Positions 6,920-14,667 of a stretch of DNA of 64,000 bases are shown here, one piece after another. The notes below the pieces were generated by a model. The model did no database searches. It was given only the letters and a program-made list of their open reading frames with translations, and had not been told where the DNA came from. Source of the DNA: Minisyncoccota bacterium (GTDB lineage: Bacteria; Patescibacteriota; Minisyncoccia; Phycocordibacterales; CSBR16-119); contig JAWKSM010000002.1 of the NCBI GenBank assembly GCA_041389065.1, positions 1,556-65,555 of the forward strand. The letters run 5' to 3'. The position numbers and the translations under genes were made by a program. The first letter of the stretch is position 1. Each line of letters opens with the position of its first letter.

Positions 6920-7895
6920 ATGAATAAAAAAATTTTAGTTTCTGGAATAAAGCCGACAGGAAATCTACATCTTGGAAATTATTTTGGCGCAATGAAGCAG
7001 TTTGTTGAAATGCAAAATTTTGGAGAATACAACCCTTTTGTTTTTTTGGCTGACTATCACGCTCTTAATTCAATACAAAACAGGGAAGAGATGAAAAAAC
7101 TTTCTTTTGATTTGATCTGTGCATATCTGGCTGTGGGACTTGATCCTCAAAATGACTCTTTACAGACAGTCATCCTCTTCCAGAACACGCAGAGCTTACT
7201 TGGATTTTTCAATACTTTGGTTTCAATGCCTTGGCTTGTCGCGCTCATGCTTTTAAAAGTGCAGAAGCTAAAGATAAAGAAATAAATATTATGAACTTGT
7301 TATCCAGTTTTGATGCGTGACATCTGATGTATGACGCAGATATCGTGCCTGTAGGACAAGACCAAAAGCAACACGTGGAAATGGCTCGCGAGATTGCTAG
7401 AAAATTCAACCAAACTTTTTAGGAGAAACTTTTAAAGAACCAAAGAAATGATTAAAGAAGAAGTGGCTGTTGTGCCTGGAATAGACGGACAGAAAATGAG
7501 TAAAAGTTATAAAAATGTAATTCCACTTTTTGGTTCAGAAGAAGAAATTAAAAGCTGTTATGGGTATTATGAAGTGACTCAAAAAATCCAGAAGACAAGA
7601 AAAATCCAAAGACGAAGTTGTGATATATCAGATTTATAAACTTATGGCGACAGAAGACGAAAGATTTGCGATGGAAAAAGGATTGAAAGAAGGTGGAATG
7701 GGATATGGCGATGCAAAAAAAGAGCTTCTTAGAAAAGTTTTAGAATATTTTGGTCCAATGAAGCAAAAGTATGACGAGTTCCAGAAAAATCCTGAAAAAG
7801 TCTATTCTATTTTAGAAGAAGGGGAGGAGAAGAAAGTAAGAAAATTGGCAGAAGAAAAAATGAAGAAAGTTAAAGAAGCTGTGGGGTTGATGTAA
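6920..7895 (+). pseudogene. trpS: Tryptophanyl-tRNA synthetase, reading frame broken at least 5 times
   Basis: N-terminus MNKKILVSGIKPTGNLHLGNYFGA (HIGH-type). Fragments in other frames read ...[31 protein letters not shown], ...GETFKEPKE, MIKEEVAVVPGIDGQKMSKS (KMSKS), and a C-terminal 91 aa ORF. Breaks coincide with A/T homopolymer runs. Confidence 0.85.
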
Positions 7896-7940
7896 AATAA
7901 GAGCGGCGCCGAAGGGGCGCACTCTTTTATTTCTTAAAAC

Positions 7941-8614
7941 TTAAGGTCTTGCGATAACGTTAAAGTCTAGTGTGAAAATGTCATTTATGATTGCATCTCC
8001 CAAGTCACTGAAAAATGTTTCAGAACCATATTTAACATCCCAATTTGCTCGGTTTACTTCTGCTGTTCCAGCCATTGCGATATTTCCATTTTCTGTAATA
8101 ACTTTTACTGGAATCATTAGAGGAGCTGTTTTTCCTTTAAGAGTTAGATTTCCGTTTAGTGTGTATCCAGAATCTGTTTTTCTTTGAATCTGTAACTTCG
8201 TATTTTGCTTCTGGATATGTTTCTACTTCAAAGAAGTCTTCTGACTTCAAGTGTTCACTAAGTTTGTCTACTGTAACCTTGGTGTTCGAAGTTTCTTCAC
8301 CTGTTATTGAAGTCATATCAAAAACAACTTCACCTCCTGTTATCATTCCTTTATCAAAAACAACTGTTCCTGATTTGATCTTAATACTTCCAGAGTCTTC
8401 GTAGTTTTTAATAATTTTTTTACCTCCTGTCCATTTTGCAGAACTTGCCTCTGTATCAAAAACGTATGTTCCTGACATATCTTTTTCTGGCATTTGTCCA
8501 GCTAAAGCTTCTTCGTTCGTCATATTTTGATCAGCAGCTTTTTTGTTTTTTAGAAAACTCATTATTCCAAAAACTACAAAAGGCTAATATGATTATTGTT
8601 AGTACAAATTTCAT
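7941..8614 (-). pseudogene. YceI-like periplasmic/anchored protein, at least 2 frameshifts
   Basis: The 141 aa ORF (..HLKSEDFFEVETYPEAKYE..) continues in another frame as DSGYTLNGNLTLKGKTAPLMIPVKV...WDVKYGSETFFSDLGDAIINDIFTLDFNVIARP. Signal-like MKFVLTIIILAF is upstream in a third frame. Shifts fall at a T-run (~8575) and an A-run (~8175). Confidence 0.6.
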
Positions 8615-8699
8615 AATTTACTATTTATTAAACTATTAAAAATAATACATGAGCGTAGTCAGATTCTACCATAAATTTTTTGGTGCTATAATTTATGTT

Positions 8700-8994
8700 A
8701 TGAAAACAGTCAATTTTTCAGCAAAAAGTTGTTATTTGGACAGGCGATTTGGGCTGGCATTTTGTGTATTTACCAAAAGATTTATATAAAAAGATTAGAG
8801 AAAATCAAAAATCCTATGGCGGAGGTTTTGTCAGGGTTTTGGCGAAAAATTGGAAAAACTTCTTAGGAAACTTCTCTTTTTCCGTATAAAAGGGAGTTGA
8901 CTTATCTTTTTGACTATCAAAAAAAGCTGTTCGTGAAAAAAAGAAAGATATTTTTGCTGGTGAAGTTGTCGATGTGAAAATTAAATTTGTTTAA
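8700..8994 (+). pseudogene. DUF1905-like small protein, multiple frameshifts
   Basis: Pieced translation: MKTVNFSAK..IWTGDLGWHFVYLPKDLYKKIRENQKSYGGGFVRVLAKIGKTSWETSLFPYKRELTYLLTIKKAVREKKKDIFAGEVVDVKIKFV. The pattern resembles DUF1905. Confidence 0.5.
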
Positions 8995-9076
8995 AATAGA
9001 AATAAGTTTGAATAAAGTGTATACTGTTTTTGGAAATACTTTTTCCTAAAATTTATTAGTATTAGAAAATAAAAAT

Positions 9077-9475
9077 ATGAAAAAAGGATATTTTTGACCC
9101 GATTGAAAAATCAACTTTAGAAAATAAAAATTTTAGAAAAGTTCTCTATACTGGAAAACATATGCAGCTTGTTTTGATGTCTCTTAAACCAGGCGAAGAT
9201 ATTGGTGTAAGTTCACCCAGAAAACGATCAATTTTTTAGATTTGAAGATGGGGAGGGAAGGTTTTGTTGATGGAACTTCTTATGAAGTTAAAGACGGTGA
9301 TGTGATAATTGTTCCAGCTGGTTCTGAACACAATGTTTTGAATATGAGTAATAAAAAAGATTTGCAGTTTTATACAATATATGCCGTGCCTCACCACAAA
9401 GATGGAATAGTGAGAGAAACAAAGAAGATGCGATGAGAAATGAAGAGAAGATTTGATGGAGTTACAACGGAATAA
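9077..9475 (+). pseudogene. Cupin-domain protein, multiple frameshifts
   Basis: Fragments MKKGYF..PIEKSTLENKNFRKVLYTGKHMQLVLMSLKPGEDIG, ..HPENDQFFRFE.., and GEGKVFVDGTSYEVKDGDVIIVPAGSEHNVLN (the last within ORF 9242-9436). The cupin beta-barrel motifs lie in three frames. Confidence 0.55.
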
Positions 9476-9500
9476 ATTTTAAAATTAAAGAAATAAGAAA

Positions 9501-9523
9501 GGCCGGCCCCTCCGGGGCAAGCC
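9501..9523. terminator. GC-rich hairpin, likely terminator of the minus-strand permease gene
   Basis: GGCCGGCCCC-TCC-GGGGCAAGCC imperfect stem. On the minus strand it is followed by TTTCTTATTT. Confidence 0.6.
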
Positions 9524-9565
9524 ATACTTTTCTTGTTGCCGTTGGTTTGTTCTTGGGGTTTTGGC

Positions 9566-10894
9566 TTATTGAAGTAGTTGCCAATTTAGCCAAAACACCA
9601 GCATTCCGGCAATGTAGCCAATAAACGCAGGTAGTGTACCTCGTTTTATGTACCACATTGAATCAAACTTCATTGCACCCATGGCTGCCACACCAGCTGC
9701 TGAACCAATAGGAAGCAAAGATCCGCCTGTTCCTGCACAGAACGCAAGCAATATCCAGAATAGATCATCTTGTGGTACTTTTGGGTACATACCCATTCCA
9801 CCACTTACGAGAGGAACATTATCAACAACGCTCGAAGCAACACCGATCACACCGTTTTTGACGTATGGATCTTCTATGTGTCTATCAAGGTTTTGAGCTG
9901 CCATCTCAAGATGACCTGTTGTCTCAAGTCCTCCAACTGCAAGCAATATACCAAGGAAAAACAGGATGCTCTTCATGTCAATCCTTCGAAGGATTCCTGC
10001 AACCTGTAGATGTCCTCGGTTGTCTTTGTCCTTGTGAAGGAATTCTGCAACCACGAGTACAACTCCTAGTCCGGGCATTATACCGAGTACGGGCTCAATC
10101 CCTGCAACCATTTTCAGGATGGGTACAGATATCAGTGCAGATAGTCCGAGCCAAAAGATCAGGTTACGCTCCCTTATTGTTACGGCATCACCTGGAACAT
10201 CTTTTCTGGTTTTTGTCGGCTTAATGACGTCACCTTTCAGGTTTCTTCCGACAATGAGAATCGGAAGTATTGCACAGACAATACTGGGGATGAATACGTG
10301 TTTGATCAAAGCCCACGTGGTTACTTTTCCAGCAACCCAAAGCATGATCGTAGTTACGTCCCCAATAGGACTCCAGGCGCCACCCGCATTTGCTGTGATT
10401 ACGACTATTAACGCAAATGTCCATTGCGTTTTTTTGTCGTAGATGAGTTTTCCTATCAGTGAACACATAACAATTGTTGTTGTTAGATTGTCTAGTGCCG
10501 CACTGAAAAAGAACGATAATACACTTATAATCCAAAATAGTTTATACGTATTCACAGTGTTAATCCTGTCTGTTATGACATGGAATCCACCATGACCGTC
10601 AATTGTCTCAACTATCATCATGGCACATATTAGGAATATAAGAGTCTTCGAGATCTCTCCTAAGTGCCTAGTGAGTTCATGGTTAAGTGCTTCATTGCTC
10701 ACATTTCCATCAAAGAGGCCATTTTGCACTCCAATCATAATAATTGACCAAATAATCGATCCGCCAAGCAAGGCGGTTGGAGTTTTGTCAACTTTGATCT
10801 TATGTTCAAAGATGATCGCGATAAAAGTAACTATGAATACGCCCAAAATCGCCCAAAAGAATGGACTAGCATGTATCAAGTGTTCCGCTATCAT
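9566..10894 (-). CDS. ArsB/NhaD-superfamily ion permease (Na+/H+ antiporter NhaD-like)
   Basis: 442 aa polytopic membrane protein. Overall pattern (..AALDNLTTTIVM.., ..ANAGGAWSPIGDVTT.., ..GSLLPIGSAAGV..) is typical of NhaD/ArsB/citrate-transporter permeases. Higher GC than flanks; plus-strand ORFs across it are shadows. Confidence 0.65.
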   Translation of the reverse strand: MIAEHLIHASPFFWAILGVFIVTFIAIIFEHKIKVDKTPTALLGGSIIWSIIMIGVQNGLFDGNVSNEALNHELTRHLGEISKTLIFLICAMMIVETIDGHGGFHVITDRINTVNTYKLFWIISVLSFFFSAALDNLTTTIVMCSLIGKLIYDKKTQWTFALIVVITANAGGAWSPIGDVTTIMLWVAGKVTTWALIKHVFIPSIVCAILPILIVGRNLKGDVIKPTKTRKDVPGDAVTIRERNLIFWLGLSALISVPILKMVAGIEPVLGIMPGLGVVLVVAEFLHKDKDNRGHLQVAGILRRIDMKSILFFLGILLAVGGLETTGHLEMAAQNLDRHIEDPYVKNGVIGVASSVVDNVPLVSGGMGMYPKVPQDDLFWILLAFCAGTGGSLLPIGSAAGVAAMGAMKFDSMWYIKRGTLPAFIGYIAGMLVFWLNWQLLQ

Positions 10895-10984
10895 TGTGTG
10901 TCGGTTTTTGGTTCGTGTTGTGTAAGAACGGATGTTCGGACTTATTTTACATATAAACCATTTTATTTCAAATGTTTTTTGAGT

Positions 10985-11033
10985 TTGTCAAAAATTAAAA
11001 ACTTTTGACAAAATATTTGTTTTGTGTCAATCT
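10985..11033. promoter_or_regulatory. Back-to-back divergent promoters forming a 9-bp inverted repeat
   Basis: TTGTCAAAA (10985-10993), 9 nt, TTTTGACAA (11003-11011). Each arm supplies a TTGACA -35 box, one for the permease gene (minus) and one for the 11058 gene (plus). Confidence 0.45.
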
Positions 11034-11057
11034 ATTTCTCAGAAAAAACACAGACAC

Positions 11058-11756
11058 ATGAAAAAGTCGTACCTTAATATCCCGGGGCAGGGAAAAATGT
11101 TCAATCGGTTTCTCTTGGAGGCAGGCAAACTTGGCTTTTCGCCAATTTCACCTATCCGAGAAGCCAGGAATCAGATAATGCAAAGCGTTATCCCTCCCGA
11201 TAGTCCTCGTGTTGACGATCTTCGTGGTCAAGTTATTGTGCAGAAACAGGTTGATGATCTTACGATACGAGTTATCACAACTTTTGATTCTGTTGCAAAT
11301 AAGTTCCCAGTAAGAGGAAAGTTGTGGGTACGTATCACAACTCTTTCTGAAATGGGTAAGGAGGAGAGGTTGTTTACCTGGAAGACAACTAGGAAAATAA
11401 CACACAAGTCGAATTTCCTTGAGCGAGCGCTCTATATGATGGAGATTCTGGCAATTGCCTTGGAGCATCGCCCATATGATCCAAGCAACAAGACTTTGCT
11501 CATGAAGCTCGTTGAAGTGGACGACATGTTCAATCCTTTCATGTGGAAGGGGGTAAAGGGAAACGCTGGTTACTTCATAACCAAGGAGATGTTGCCCAAA
11601 GGCAAACCTAAGTTGCTAGAGTTCTATCGACGCTGGCGGAAGAGTCGTTGGTATTATGAACATGTCGCTCGAAGTGAAAAGAGGTTGGGGTATGAACCTC
11701 GTCGTGAAAGGGATATCAGGAAGCCATACACGCGTGGCAAGAGAGCCAAGAAGTGA
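11058..11756 (+). CDS. Hypothetical basic protein (GC-rich cassette C2)
   Basis: The ORF track starts at an alternative codon at 11022; the first ATG at 11058 gives 232 aa (MKKSYLNIPGQGK...). Arg/Lys-rich C-terminus ..RRWRKSRWYYEHVARSEKRLGYEPRRERDIRKPYTRGKRAKK. No family recognised. Confidence 0.6.
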   Translation: MKKSYLNIPGQGKMFNRFLLEAGKLGFSPISPIREARNQIMQSVIPPDSPRVDDLRGQVIVQKQVDDLTIRVITTFDSVANKFPVRGKLWVRITTLSEMGKEERLFTWKTTRKITHKSNFLERALYMMEILAIALEHRPYDPSNKTLLMKLVEVDDMFNPFMWKGVKGNAGYFITKEMLPKGKPKLLEFYRRWRKSRWYYEHVARSEKRLGYEPRRERDIRKPYTRGKRAKK

Positions 11757-11772
11757 AAGGTGTGAATAGGTG

Positions 11773-11797
11773 GGGCCGGCAGCGAAGCTGCCGGCCC
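11773..11797 (+). terminator. Intrinsic terminator after cassette C2
   Basis: Perfect 11-bp stem GGGCCGGCAGC-GAA-GCTGCCGGCCC. Confidence 0.75.
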
Positions 11798-11842
11798 TTC
11801 TACTTTATGTTTACAATAATTTTTCTGTGTTAAAATAAAACT

Positions 11843-12226
11843 ATGTTCAAAAAAGTTCTAATGATGATAATCGTTATTGGATTACTCCTTGTTATTTTCT
11901 CTGGAGTAAATTTTGATGATTCAGAAAAAGATTTTCCAGAATTTGAAAATATTCCAGACGCTTCAGAAGTTGTAAATGAAGAAGGATCTGATTTGAGCGA
12001 TGAAGAAATTGTTTCTGGTTATGTTAGAGAAAATATAAATCAAATTGCTCCAGAAGAAGCTGTTTTAGGAGGAAATTTTTATGTTGTTCAAATAGAAATT
12101 TTCCCATCTTCAAAAACTGGACGCGTAGTTTACGAAGACGGACATATTCAAGGGTCTGCAAATTTTTCTTATGAAAGAGTCGGTAATCAAGTTGCAGTGA
12201 CAAATGTTTCAAAAATCGATATATGA
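11843..12226 (+). CDS. Hypothetical membrane-anchored protein
   Basis: 127 aa with N-terminal TM MFKKVLMMIIVIGLLLVIFSG. AT-rich native codon usage. Confidence 0.6.
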   Translation: MFKKVLMMIIVIGLLLVIFSGVNFDDSEKDFPEFENIPDASEVVNEEGSDLSDEEIVSGYVRENINQIAPEEAVLGGNFYVVQIEIFPSSKTGRVVYEDGHIQGSANFSYERVGNQVAVTNVSKIDI

Positions 12227-12762
12227 AAAAAATAATTCTCATTTTAATAATTTCTCTTGTTGCTTACTCTGTTATTTTTTGGTTTTTTGTTGCCGAAAAG
12301 ATTACACCAAAAATTTCAAATGAAAATCAAATAGAAAATATTGAAGGAGAAAAAGATATTATTTCAGAAAATGAAAACGAAGAAATTGTTGTTTTGAAAG
12401 AGTGTTTTTCAAGAGAACAAATCGCAACAGAAGAAAGTCCGTACACTGTCCAAGAATTTATCGAGTTAAATATTGACGGTGAAAGCGTTTCTGGTGAAAA
12501 AACTGGAAATCAATCTGGGCCAGATATGACAAACGGATATGAAGGCTCTCTTTCTGGAAAAATTTCTGATGACAAAATAGAGGTAATTTTTAGCTATTCT
12601 ATCGAAGGTTCAGATCAAAAAGAAAAAGAAGAATATGTTTTAAAAACTGGCGAACTTGTAAAACAAAGATATCCACTTATCGAAAGTGAAGATGGTGTTT
12701 TGGTCCCAGATAAAACAAAAGAAGCTTCTTTGGTTGTTTATAAAAAAGTAGACTGTATTTAA
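12223..12762 (+). CDS. Hypothetical membrane-anchored protein
   Basis: 179 aa with N-terminal TM. 4-nt overlap with the upstream ORF. Confidence 0.6.
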   Translation: MKKIILILIISLVAYSVIFWFFVAEKITPKISNENQIENIEGEKDIISENENEEIVVLKECFSREQIATEESPYTVQEFIELNIDGESVSGEKTGNQSGPDMTNGYEGSLSGKISDDKIEVIFSYSIEGSDQKEKEEYVLKTGELVKQRYPLIESEDGVLVPDKTKEASLVVYKKVDCI

Positions 12763-12765
12763 TTT

Positions 12766-13251
12766 ATGATTAAAAATGCTTATTTGGCCGGAGGTTGCTT
12801 TTGGGGAATGGAGGAATTATTTAGAAAACTTCCTGGGGTTTTAGAAACAGAAGCTGGATACACCGGAGGAGAAAATGAAAATCCAACATATGAAAATCAT
12901 CCAGGACACGCAGAAGCTTTAATGGTCACATATGACTCTGAAAAAATTTCTTACAAAAGAATTCTGGATTTTTTCTTTTGTGTTCATAATCCAACAACTT
13001 TAAATCAGCAAGGAAACGATATTGGCACATCGTATCGTTCTGCAATTTTCTATCAAAATGAAGAGGAAAAAGAAGAGGCACAAAATTTTATAGAAATCGT
13101 CAACAATTCCGGTAAATGGCAAAACAAAGTTGTAACTTCTCTTGAAAAGTTCGACAGGTTTTGGCCAGCTGAAACTTATCATCAAGATTATTTGCAGAAA
13201 AATCCTGGCGGATATACTTGTCACGCAATTTATTTTGATACTTATCTTTAG
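12766..13251 (+). CDS. msrA: Peptide methionine sulfoxide reductase MsrA
   Basis: AYLAGGCFWGMEELF active-site motif; 161 aa. Confidence 0.9.
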   Translation: MIKNAYLAGGCFWGMEELFRKLPGVLETEAGYTGGENENPTYENHPGHAEALMVTYDSEKISYKRILDFFFCVHNPTTLNQQGNDIGTSYRSAIFYQNEEEKEEAQNFIEIVNNSGKWQNKVVTSLEKFDRFWPAETYHQDYLQKNPGGYTCHAIYFDTYL

Positions 13252-13374
13252 TTTCGGTAATCCACCGATATTGCAAAAAAGCATTTTTATAGAAAAAATT
13301 TGTGTTAATATTTTGCTTAGAGAAAAAATCTCTAGAAATAAACTTGTAAATTTATTATTAGTTTTTAAATTTTT

Positions 13375-13728
13375 ATGAAGAATATTATTTGGGTAATTTT
13401 GGGTGTGATTGTTATTGGTCTAATTCTTTTTATGAGAAAAGATGGAACAATGAACGGTCAAGAAAATACTGTTATTTTTGACAAAGTTTATGTTGATCAA
13501 AGTGGAAAAGAATTGAAAGCTTTTTCAAAGTCTGATTCAAAAAATGCTGACATAACTTTTGAAACAATCGGAACAGTTTCTCTGGCTTCTGGAGAACCAA
13601 CTTTGTCAGGGGTTGAATACAAAAATGCAGATGGAACTATCGTTTTTTGGGATAAGGGAGCTTTAGCAACTCTTTATCAAAATGGTGAAGTGGTTTTCGA
13701 CGGACAACTAAAAGACTCTAATCAGTAG
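13375..13728 (+). CDS. Membrane-anchored protein with MliC-like (lysozyme-inhibitor-like) domain
   Basis: N-terminal TM. ..SLASGEPTLSGVEYKNADGTIVFWDKGALATLYQNG resembles the MliC pattern SG.rY...lw.KG. This is pattern-level resemblance only. Confidence 0.45.
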   Translation: MKNIIWVILGVIVIGLILFMRKDGTMNGQENTVIFDKVYVDQSGKELKAFSKSDSKNADITFETIGTVSLASGEPTLSGVEYKNADGTIVFWDKGALATLYQNGEVVFDGQLKDSNQ

Positions 13729-13752
13729 TCTAAAAATAGGATTATCTGAAAG

Positions 13753-13780
13753 AAAAACCGCCCCTTACGGGGCGGTTTTT
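13753..13780 (+). terminator. Intrinsic terminator
   Basis: AAAAACCGCCCC-TTAC-GGGGCGGTTTTT. Confidence 0.85.
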
Positions 13781-13798
13781 CTTTCAGTGGATAAGCTG

Positions 13799-13826
13799 TT
13801 GACAATAATTTTTATTTGTTTATGAT
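13799..13826 (+). promoter_or_regulatory. Sigma70-type promoter of cassette D
   Basis: TTGACA (13799-13804), 16 nt, TATGAT (13821-13826). Confidence 0.55.
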
Positions 13827-13875
13827 ACATATCCTGTGAGGTAATTCAGCCTTACAGAAAAAACCAACTTTCAAA

Positions 13876-14568
13876 ATGACGACAGTGAAGGGAAGCAGTC
13901 TGACCAAGAAGTATTACAACGTCGTGGTTATCGGTATCGGGGATACCATGACCAGCAATACGGCGTTGCTCCATCAGATCGGCCGCGTGAAGAGTGTCGG
14001 AGGTGGCAGGATCACTACCACTCCGAAACTGGTGCACTTGCTGGGAGGTCGCGGTATCAAAGCCGAGAGCTTCACCGAGGGCAACGAGGTTGTTATGCCC
14101 CTCGGCTATCCGAAGAACGGATTGCCCCCAGGTGTGACGGCGCAGATCCTCGCAAGTACGAACAACGAAAAGGGTATCACACCCTTCGGGATCGTGGTCG
14201 TCGATATGGGAACCGCCCCCACTGTGGAGCAGGGTACGGACATCTTCAGCGAGCTGAGGAAGTCCATTTCCCTCGATTCCATCGTGGCAACGGTTGCAGC
14301 GATGAAGGCCGGGAAGATCGTCTGCACGACCCCGAAGCAGCTCAAGTCCGTGCTCGATTACATCGAGCAGAAGGGTGACATCACGGAAGATGTGTATGCT
14401 GCCATGGCGAAATGGTGCTGCTACCAGGTGGCAATGTCCATCACCGCTTGGTCCGAGAGCTTCGGATCTGGGGCTTTCAAGGGCTACAAGGGGGGTGATT
14501 CCAGCATCCTCGAAAAGGCTGGGTTCTTCACGGAAGAAGAAGTGACCGAAGAAGCAGTCGCCCAGTAG
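13876..14568 (+). CDS. Hypothetical 230 aa protein (cassette D, the most GC-rich ORF in the window)
   Basis: A sampled line is 60% GC. Third codon positions are overwhelmingly G/C (acg gtg aag agc ctg acc aag ...). The ORF fills the space between its own promoter and terminator. The 251 aa minus-strand ORF is a shadow. No family recognised. Confidence 0.65.
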   Translation: MTTVKGSSLTKKYYNVVVIGIGDTMTSNTALLHQIGRVKSVGGGRITTTPKLVHLLGGRGIKAESFTEGNEVVMPLGYPKNGLPPGVTAQILASTNNEKGITPFGIVVVDMGTAPTVEQGTDIFSELRKSISLDSIVATVAAMKAGKIVCTTPKQLKSVLDYIEQKGDITEDVYAAMAKWCCYQVAMSITAWSESFGSGAFKGYKGGDSSILEKAGFFTEEEVTEEAVAQ

Positions 14569-14594
14569 GGTGACAGAAGACCTCATATGAGGCG

Positions 14595-14628
14595 GAGCGC
14601 TGACCAATGGTTGGCGCTCTTTCTTTTT
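14595..14628 (+). terminator. Intrinsic terminator after cassette D
   Basis: GAGCGC...GCGCTC stem followed by TTTCTTTTT. Confidence 0.65.
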
Positions 14629-14667
14629 AGCTTAATTTTTTTAAATTTTCTGATAAAATGATTCCAT

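Noticed and set aside
6920-9475. An alternative genetic code (for example UGA recoding) or programmed frameshifting as the explanation for the broken genes.
   Set aside because: - The breaks are frame changes at short homopolymers with TAA/TAG stops, not in-frame TGA codons.
- Intact genes terminate normally with TAA, TAG and TGA (for example ftsW ends in TGA).
- No slippery heptamer or stimulatory structure recurs.
13852-14607. A 251 aa minus-strand ORF fully overlapping cassette D; similar long antisense or alternative-frame ORFs across 2672-3007, 9648-10925, 24019-24317 and 45780-46622.
   Set aside because: - These are typical shadow ORFs of GC-rich coding DNA, because stop codons are AT-rich.
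- They run through promoters and terminators.
- They have R/H/L/G-rich nonsense composition.
- They lack any promoter in the right orientation.
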